Below are positions 10,046-17,070 of a stretch of 17,070 bases of DNA, in pieces; the first letter of the stretch is position 1; every line of letters starts with the position of its first letter. Under the pieces are notes generated by a model that was given only the letters and a program-made list of their open reading frames with translations, was not told where the DNA came from and searched no databases. This stretch comes from Macrostomum lignano (lineage: Eukaryota). Made by a program: the position numbers and the translations under genes. Location: assembly GCA_002269645.1 (NCBI GenBank), contig NIVC01005251.1:1-17070 (forward strand), given 5' to 3'.

Positions 10046-11992
10046 ATGGCTTCTTGGAAAGTGAGACGATTGACGAGCAAGCGTTTGCTAGCATTATTTA
10101 AAGATGATGACTGCGATGACTGTGACGTAGACTGCAAAACACTAGAGGATGCCTCTATTGAGCCCAGTGTCCAGGAAGTTAAAGGAGACAATGAAGAAGA
10201 TTTCGGTGGTGTAGAGTTCGACGACTTGCAGTCGATAAGTGAAAGTGACAAAGACATGGAGAACGACAAGGATGAGGATAATTGGCCATTGGAAGAGAAG
10301 CTGGAGGCACTGCTTGTGCTTTTCTTCACGACCTACAACATTTCTCGTGATGCCATGGCTTTTCTGTTAGCCGGATTATGCGACATTGGTTTGCCTATCT
10401 CAAAGTCCGTAACCAAGATCAAACGACTGGCTAGAGAAGACTGTCCTACTGGGGACTTGTTGGCCATGGGAGATGGGCACTTTCGCTATGTGTCCATTCT
10501 AGAGAATCTGCAACTGCTGCTTTCAAAAAATTTGTTGACCCTTCGACCAGAAAATTTGCAGCATCAAGGTCCAACAAAGGTGTACAAATTCGACGCATTT
10601 TTAAACAGTGATGGAATTCCACTATATAGATCTAGTCTCTTTGGTCTGTGGCCATTGCTTATGAAGATTCCATCCGCATTCGCAAAGCCGTTTCCAGTGG
10701 CTGTATGGGCCGGCTCTGGAAAGCCTCCATTACAAGAGTACCTGCAACAGTTTTGCAAAGAAGCAAAAGATTTCTATCTGGTCCAGTGAAAATCAACGAG
10801 AAAGTCAGCATAATGTTCTCCACAATTTATTTTGTTGTTGATACACCTGCGCGTAGCTTTTTGATGTGTACAATGGGTCACACAAGCTACTCGGGGTGTA
10901 GTTATTGTCAAGCTGTGGGTTCTCGTGCTGAAGGGAGAGTAACTTTTTCTGTAACCGTTAATCAGAGTAGATGCAGAAAAGATTATCGCTCCCTATTAGA
11001 GGACAATCTAAAAAGAGATGCTACAGGTGCAATCCTCAAATCACCACTTCTGTGCTTGCCCAACATAGACTTCGTCAACTGTTTTCCGTTAGACTTTCAA
11101 CATGCTGTTTGTCTGGGAGCAGTAAGAAAGCTAATGCACTATTACTTTGGAGAAGGAGGCTGTCGCTTCGGTCGCAGGCATATGAAGCCTTTGTCTGACT
11201 ACATTGCCGCAATTGCCAGCTGGACGCCATCAAACTTCCAGAGAAGACCACGCCGTATTGATAAGTGCTTAATTGGCGACGGAGTTTAGACAATTTATCC
11301 TATATTTAGGCCCTGTGATATTCAAGGGATATCTTAAAGAAAAATTCTACAACAATTTTCTCCTCCTGCACTTCGCCGTATACTGCTATTCAACGGAAAG
11401 ACATGCAAATATGTGGGATTCTGCAAAAAGCTGCATCGAGGTATTTGTTGAGCAGATGTCGAAACTGTTTGGACAGAAGTCAATTAGTTATAACATCCAC
11501 GCACTTCTTCATCTTGACCAGTTTGTTAGAAGACTGGGTAATTTAAACAATTTCAGTACTTTTGCATATGAAAACTTTTTGGGAGCCATCAAGCGAAAGG
11601 TCAAAGTCACCAGGCATCTTGCTGCTCATTCAGTCCGGCAAGTTTTAAAAGTACGGAACATGTATCTCAGAGAGCCTACTAAAACGACTCTGGAATTTAG
11701 CACGAAGAAGGGAAACAATTGTTGCATCATTGGGACAACTTTTATTCTTATCGATGAAGTAAAATCCGATGGCATGGTGACTGGCCGAGTGCTTCAGGCA
11801 TGCGATAATCTGTACACCTATCCCTTCAATTCACTGGAACTTGGGATTGGGATTTATCAGGTTACATCCGAAATCGCAACTGGCCGTCCAGAGCGGAAAT
11901 GTTGGTTGCTTCCGAAGAATATTACACTAGCGGCTTCTGAAGCTGACGGCGAATTCTATAACGTCATTCCCATGACAGGGCAAGACGATTAG
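10046..11992 (+). pseudogene. EnSpm/CACTA-type DDE transposase (about 650 aa) with two frameshifts (about 10772 and about 11273)
   Basis: Motifs in order across three ORFs: FLNSDG, VVDTPARSF, GH..Y.GCSYC (C-x2-C), PLDFQH (D-x2-H), FQRRPR, ATEFRQFILY, YNIHALLHL, G.L..FS.FAYEN. Likely start MASWK at 10046. Confidence 0.92.
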
Positions 11993-12009
11993 CCGTTTCT
12001 GTGCTTTAT

Positions 12010-12263
12010 GTAAGTCTCTCTAATTCATATTTTTCTGTAAATAGAGCGTTAGTTTAAAAAAGATAATAAATCTAGAAAGAAAGAAATAATATATACTATA
12101 TATTAGGCTATAGTTTTAGACTTATAGCCTATAGACTTTTGCTCCTTATCCATCTACAGGTCGCTTCTTCAATCGGCAGAGTGTTCAGGATTGCTAAAGC
12201 TGCGAGCGCTGCGATCCCGTCCAGCAAGTCTAGCGACCTGACCGAAGCCGCTGTCTCAATAAA
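12010..12263 (+). other. Candidate 3'UTR intron (12010-12159) and poly(A) signal (12258-12263) of the transposase transcript
   Basis: GTAAGT 17 nt after the stop; pyrimidine tract plus CTACAG at 12159; AATAAA downstream. Another AATAAA lies inside the intron at about 12065. Confidence 0.35.
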
Positions 12264-12711
12264 CTCTAACTACATGTTTTTTATCTATCAATCCTGTAAG
12301 CATTTCTACGTAGGTTATTTTCTGTATGTTATTTGTGTCTGGCTATTAAGGTAGCTAGCTACTACTGCATTTGAATTGACCATGCTCCATGCATCTTCTA
12401 TTCACAAATACTCCAGGTTTAAACTTGCTGGGTTGTTTGCTCCTGCACGTTTCAAAAGAAAAAATTACGAAAAGAAAAAGCTATAGTTTCGTATAGCATA
12501 TGCAAATGCAGCATAGCTAGTCGGTGCATTGCCTTTTCCTCAACCCGCATCCCTTCCCACAGTTTGCCAGGCCCCAGCTTGAGGAAAAAGCCCACTCAGA
12601 ATTTGGTTGCAAGTCCAGATTGACTAGGATATTTCAAGAGACCGCGCATTGCCAGAGCTTGCCTGGCTGACGCCCGCGGCAGCTATAAACAGAAAAAAAA
12701 GAAAATGACGA

Positions 12712-12826
12712 ATGGTCTGTGGCTATAAACCATAGACCATTATAGCCACATAAACCATATGTACATATGGTTTATGTACATAAACCATATGTACATATAT
12801 TCTATATGGTCTGTGGCTATAAACCA
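12712..12826. repeat. Nest of overlapping palindromes bracketed by a 21-bp direct repeat
   Basis: ATGGTCTGTGGCTATAAACCA at 12712-12732 and 12806-12826; perfect palindromes at 12748-12777 (30 bp) and 12757-12798 (42 bp). Confidence 0.93.
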
Positions 12827-13237
12827 AAAAATGCGGGTCCGCCGCTCAGGTCACGATATAATCAGTCAAAGAAATCTTGAACTAGAAAAAACTTATATAT
12901 TTAGATCTCCTTGAATCAGTCTCCCGCTCTCCATATATCATATTTGGAACAAAGACCTACAACTCTTCAGTTTATGAGGCAAAGAACTCCCAGAAGCTTT
13001 AGGACCAGATGGCCTGTAGCACAAACAGCGCTAACGAAAATGAGAATTATATTTTTATACACAAATGTATGCAGATTTGCTGTGCTAAAAAAGTCTCATT
13101 GATGTGATGTATCAATGTTGCTTTCAAAATAGCTGTCTATATGGGAAGAGAAATAGAATGAGTGAACAAGAGTGAGTGAGTAAGTGAGTTTGTTTCGCTT
13201 TGTTGAATCGCTGCCTCAATTCTACTACACAACAGAC

Positions 13238-13479
13238 ATGGCGTACCTATTTGACTATTGAATCCATTCGATCCATGCGTAAATATGTAGAAATGTTTCC
13301 ACAAACTTCTTTATTTAGAAGTGATTTATTGCCCATGTGGGCCAGGCCAGAAACGTTACAGTGTGGAGTCTGGCTCCCAAAATAACGAATATAAGCCTTG
13401 TCAATGTCCAGGGTTCGCAGTGACTGTGCACTGGGAGTGTTCGCTGTGTTTCTTACTAGCCCCCGAAATCTGCTACTGA
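13238..13479 (+). pseudogene. Possible degraded RING-variant (RINGv/MARCH-like) coding fragment
   Basis: 13396-13440 reads PCQCPGFAVTVHWEC (P-C-x-C-x-G-x4-V-H-x2-C). A 1-nt insertion near 13292 would give CRICF upstream. The final C-x2-C is not clean and there are two upstream stops. Confidence 0.3.
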
Positions 13480-13815
13480 GTCATTGTTCATTTGAAGGAA
13501 TCTAGCTTGCTTTGTTTGTGCTTTTGCTTATCTTATTTTACTTTTTGTACGCTTCAAATAAATATACAAAAACTTGGTAAAACCAAATCAGGTACATCTA
13601 AATTAAATGAGAGTAGCTACTAAGGCTTTTGATGGACATATGAAGCAATTTAAACGTGACAAATATAATGTCCTAATGCAAATCAGTACAATTTTCAGAT
13701 GACATGTTTTGGTTTAGTTCATGGTTTGCATTGTGATTTTAGTTCTATCTGTCTATTTTCTGTCCGTCTTTCTATAGATTTTTATCTGCGGGTTTACTGC
13801 TGCTACACAGGGGTA

Positions 13816-14095
13816 GAGAGAAAACAGCGAGAACAGAGTGAACAGAGTGAGAGAGACCAGAGTGAGAGTGAACAGAGTGAGAGAGAACAGCGAGAACAGA
13901 GTGAACAGAGTGAGAGAGAACAGCGAGAACAGAGTGAACAGAGTGAGAGAGACCAGAGTGAGAGTGAACAGAGTGAGAGAGAACAGCGAGAACAGAGTGA
14001 ACAGAGTGAGAGAGACCAGAGTGAGAGTGAACAGAGTGAGAGAGAACAGAGTGAGAGAGAACAGAGTGAGAGAGAACAGTGTGAGAGAACGGAGA
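13816..14095. repeat. Purine-rich compound minisatellite (33-, 30- and 15-bp blocks built from GAACAGAGT and GAGAGA)
   Basis: Block order A B A A B A B C C C'; all block lengths are multiples of 3, which explains the overlapping repetitive ORFs. Confidence 0.95.
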
Positions 14096-14198
14096 GAAGG
14101 GAAAGAGAAAGGATCACAGAGAGGGGCTGAGCCCACCCACCCAAACAGTTCTTACTCTTCCTGGACTGTCTGCGTGCCTGGGACACTTGACGTGGACA

Positions 14199-14414
14199 CA
14201 CTGTAAAAAATATGTGGCCGAAAAAATAGCCAAAAAGTGGCCAAATGCAAGTAGCCTAAAAGTGGCCAAGAGTGTCCCACGTTCGGCCACATTTCCGGCC
14301 ACTTTTTAAGTGGCCGAACGTGGGACACTCTTGGCCACTTTTAGGCTACTTGCGTTTGGCCACTTTTTGGCTACTTTTTTGGCCACATATTTTGCCGGCC
14401 ACATATTTCTCGTG
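14199..14414. repeat. CACTA-type terminus CACTGTAAAAAA followed by an 84-bp inverted repeat rich in GTGGCC
   Basis: Arms 14207-14290 and 14310-14393, 3 mismatches, 19-bp spacer; CACTG at 14199. Confidence 0.88.
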
Positions 14415-14691
14415 TTTGTGTTATTTTCGGCTCTTTTACGATAAATTTCTCGCTGTAAACGTGGAATCCTTAAATAAAACCCCTCATTGCAGTTATCGTA
14501 CTGCATTTATAGATTAAAGAAGTAATTAAGCAGTATATAAGCATATTATATATGACCAGAAAAATTTCATAATTCATTTCGTTGATTGAATAGTGGAATA
14601 ATTGTCTCAGTTATCCAGCACTTTAATTGTATTTTTTTATTAAAGAGACAAAAAAACAGAACATAGAGTAATTGTGAGAAATTGTGAATAA

Positions 14692-14856
14692 ATGTGAGCA
14701 ATGGTAAGCAACTGAGCAAATGTGAGCAACTGAGCAACTGTTTGTGTGGCTGAGTAGGGGAGACTTGGGTGGCTGGTTTCGGCAGATTTGGGTGCATGGC
14801 TGAGTATAGGGGAGACTTTGGTGGCTGGTCATGGGAGATTTGGGTGGCTGGGAAAT
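14692..14856. repeat. GAGCAA repeats then an about 52-bp degenerate tandem duplication (TGGCTGAGTA..GGGGAGACTT.GGTGGCTGGT)
   Basis: Directly visible; lies just 3' of the stop at 14908, so possibly subterminal repeats. Confidence 0.75.
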
Positions 14857-14907
14857 TTCTGAGAAGCACAATTGGAGGATGAGACACATTGTCAAGTTCA
14901 TTGTCGA

Positions 14908-15276
14908 TCACAAAAAACTACTGGGCAAAACTTGCACTGTCAACTTGACTGACTGATTGGTGGCTCGCTTAGGATTCCGGAGCTTCAAAAAAATCTCAAC
15001 CGTCTCCAGCAGGTTTTCTGTGCGGCGGTCATGCTTTAAATTTAATGCCAGAAATGCTAGAACGTACAAAAGAATTGTCTCCAAAGCAGATTCCGTCTTG
15101 ATATTAGTCGTGGACACCCGCACGCCACTCCAACAACCGTCGAAACTTGAAACGTCACCATCTGCCACAATGCTAACGTGGCAATTTGAGTCGAAAAAGG
15201 CATCAAGGTTGCGCACTTTGCCCTTGATGGCCAGAAGCATAAAACCATTTTTAATGGAAACTTCAGGATCATCTGA
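14908..15276 (-). pseudogene. Last exon of an accessory gene (resembles SAMD3-like transposon ORF2 C-termini)
   Basis: Acceptor TTATTTACAG at 15277; stop-free 122-aa frame SDDPEV...LLYVLAFLALNLKHDRRTENLLETVEIFLKL...; family resemblance is from memory only. Confidence 0.5.
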
Positions 15277-15278
15277 CT

Positions 15279-16028
15279 GTAAATAATTTTTTTTTATTGT
15301 TAATACAAGTTTGAACAGGTTCTACAAAAGGATAATTAGCTTTAACAAAATTTAAAAGCTGATAATCACTTAATAAAATATCAAAACAAGTGTTAAAAAA
15401 GGAATCAAAGTCCAAAAAGTTACTAGTTGATTCTATAATATCAGTTGAAATATTATTTTCTTTTAAAAACTGAGTAGCCATAACATTATACAAGTTACTA
15501 AAGGTTGAAATAATTTCCTTTACATTGTCAGTCAAGAAAAGACTAAGTCTATTAGGTAAACAATGCAGATCTCTATTAGAAAGAAAAAAACTTAATTATA
15601 TCAAGTACAAGCTTTTCCTTTAGAGCCTCTTTTAGTTCAGAAGAACTTTGATCAATGAAGCCATAAGCTCCCTCCATGATTTCATCATTTTTAGTTGATA
15701 TGTCATCATAATCATTTGTTGCATCACTTTTTTCATTAATAGACCTTGGAAAGTTGGGGTCTATTAAGTAATTAATTTTGCCAGAAATGTCATCTAGTTT
15801 GTCTTCAATTGAAAAAATGGCAGTCTCTTCAGCTACATAAGGCTTGTTATGGAATCTTAATAAATTCTTAAGTATACCCGCTTTAGTTGAACTACTTAAA
15901 TTGCAATGTTGAATGGGACAAGTAAACCTGTTTGCTAATTGAAGCTTTTCTAGACAAGGGGTGTACTTTGAATGGTGGACAAAACCTGACATTTGCTCAA
16001 ATGTTTTCCCACATTTACAGGGAAACAT
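15279..16028 (-). pseudogene. N-terminal about 250 codons of a C2H2 zinc-finger EnSpm-like transposase, no catalytic core
   Basis: ATG at 16028; two C2H2-like motifs (CKCGKTF...HH; CPIQHC...NLLRFH). A 1-nt slip in the A7 run at 15584-15590 joins two ORFs through FFLSNRDLHCLP; ends at YPFVEP before an A9 run. Confidence 0.65.
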
Positions 16029-16729
16029 TCTTAAAAAAATCAAAGCAAAATGGATTCTTACAAGGCTAAATTTAAGCAAAAAAATTTCTGGACCATGTTA
16101 ATTTATACTGTAGACCTAGCAGACCTAGTTTACAAAGATTTAGAATAAGGCTATTATTATAAGACAAAGACCAAGACAATAAACTAAAAAAGCAGACACA
16201 ATAATAATTAGACAATAATATGTTGAATACAAAGAATAAAAATAAAATGAAGCACAAGAAAAGGTAAGGCTCAAGGGCAAGAATTGAATAAATACTGTGA
16301 TCTAGGCCTATGTTAAGAAGTAAGTAGTCTATAAATATATACAAATATAAAAATATATACACAAGTCACAATGTTGTTAGGGCCTAATTTCAGTAGTCTG
16401 GGTCAATAGTTAATGCAGTCAATAGTTAATGCAGAAGTTCTTGCAATTTGCAAAGAAACTAAGCAAAGCACGAGAGCAGAGCATATGCAGAGTTGAGCGG
16501 TAAATGCGATGTAACGCTTGAAAATGATTTTAGTAGTTTGATCAGATAAAAGTCAACACAAATTAAATCGCAAGTACATTAACAAATTTGTAAAGTAGAT
16601 TTTATTTTCAGCAAGTTTCTTGCTTTTTGACTGCAATTTTTTTGAGAATATTATAAAGTTTTATGCCCATAGTAGTTAACTTTGTATTCTTTTTGCAGTT
16701 CATTGTGAGTTTCTTTGTAAATTTAAGAT

Positions 16730-17070
16730 TATGAGGTGGGGGCGATTTTGACTTGGGGTGGTCGGGATTGTCCAGTGTTCACTTGATCTAATGTCGAATT
16801 TGAGCGGCTCGGGCCTTCGATTGGGCGCCGTCGTTATTTCGCACGAATTAAATCCGGAAAGTTTGCGTGAACGGATCCCGATGAAAACAACTCATAGATA
16901 CTCCGTCTGCCGGGGTCCTCAATCCCGGGGAGAGGGTAGTTTTGGTCGTAGGCGAGCGGCCTTCGTTTGGTGCGAGCGTTCAGATGGCGGGTCCTCTGAC
17001 ACCGTAAATTGAATGTGTCTCGTATTCTTATTGTGTTACTAACAGTAGAGTAGCGCTGCCACCACCATAA
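16730..17070. repeat. Dispersed repeat, CpG-rich copy (homologous to 4727-5058), runs off the right edge; promoter-like
   Basis: About 27 CpG by hand count in 16760-17070; contains ATTGG and AGATGGCG motifs; aligns by eye with 4727-5058. Confidence 0.8.

Larger units (their letters stand above)
6197..11992. mobile_element. Coding core of an EnSpm/CACTA (CMC) DNA transposon with divergent transposase and accessory genes; termini unresolved
   Basis: CMC-type transposase (+) and spliced accessory gene (-) head-to-head, 335 bp apart; no convincing TIR pair found by eye. Confidence 0.75.
14199..16028 (-). mobile_element. Second CACTA-like element, internally deleted derivative; its other end lies further right or outside the window
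   Basis: CACTG terminus and subterminal repeats at left, then an accessory-like last exon, then a truncated zinc-finger transposase N-terminus. That these parts belong to one element is inferred from their order. Confidence 0.55.

Noticed and set aside
6039-13363. CACTGCAA at 6039 and TTACAGTG at 13356-13363, both flanked by TG, as TIRs plus a 2-bp TSD of the central element
   Set aside because: Only 7/8 identity with no extension or subterminal repeats; the right copy falls inside the possible RINGv frame; likely chance.
13699-14206. Four overlapping repetitive ORFs (EQSER, TLFSL, CSLSL, NRVRE)
   Set aside because: Products of a minisatellite with triplet-multiple units.
15974-16362. Hydrophobic 96-aa ORF (16072-16362) and similar AT-rich ORFs at 5974-6207 and 14567-14911
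   Set aside because: Low-complexity AT-rich or repeat-derived frames with no motif or splice support.

Overview
Eukaryotic (probably invertebrate metazoan) DNA made almost entirely of layered mobile elements and repeats; no prokaryotic features, rRNA, tRNA or CRISPR were recognised. Left to right: a 16-bp CTAG-based minisatellite (1-1660); a GC-rich GGGAAA array (1700-1901); a 5'-incomplete, cleanly spliced four-exon coiled-coil gene on the minus strand (2019-2902); a heavily decayed Penelope-like element (GIY-YIG remnant plus a probable decayed hammerhead ribozyme, about 4040-4725); and a CpG-depleted copy (4727-5058) of a repeat whose CpG-rich sister copy is at 16730-17070. The core is an EnSpm/CACTA-type DNA transposon with two divergent genes. 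One is a frameshifted DDE transposase (+, 10046-11992). The other is a five-exon accessory gene missed by the ORF track (-, 9710-6197), interrupted by a 5'-truncated RNase H-bearing LINE with a perfect 12-bp target-site duplication and carrying three in-frame TGAs. Further right are a palindrome nest, a possible RINGv remnant, a GA-derived minisatellite and a second, internally deleted CACTA-like element (CACTG terminus at 14199, 84-bp inverted repeat, zinc-finger transposase N-terminus joined to an accessory-gene last exon). All calls come from hand translation and by-eye alignment. No database searches were run, family names are from recalled motifs, and the termini of the central element could not be resolved.
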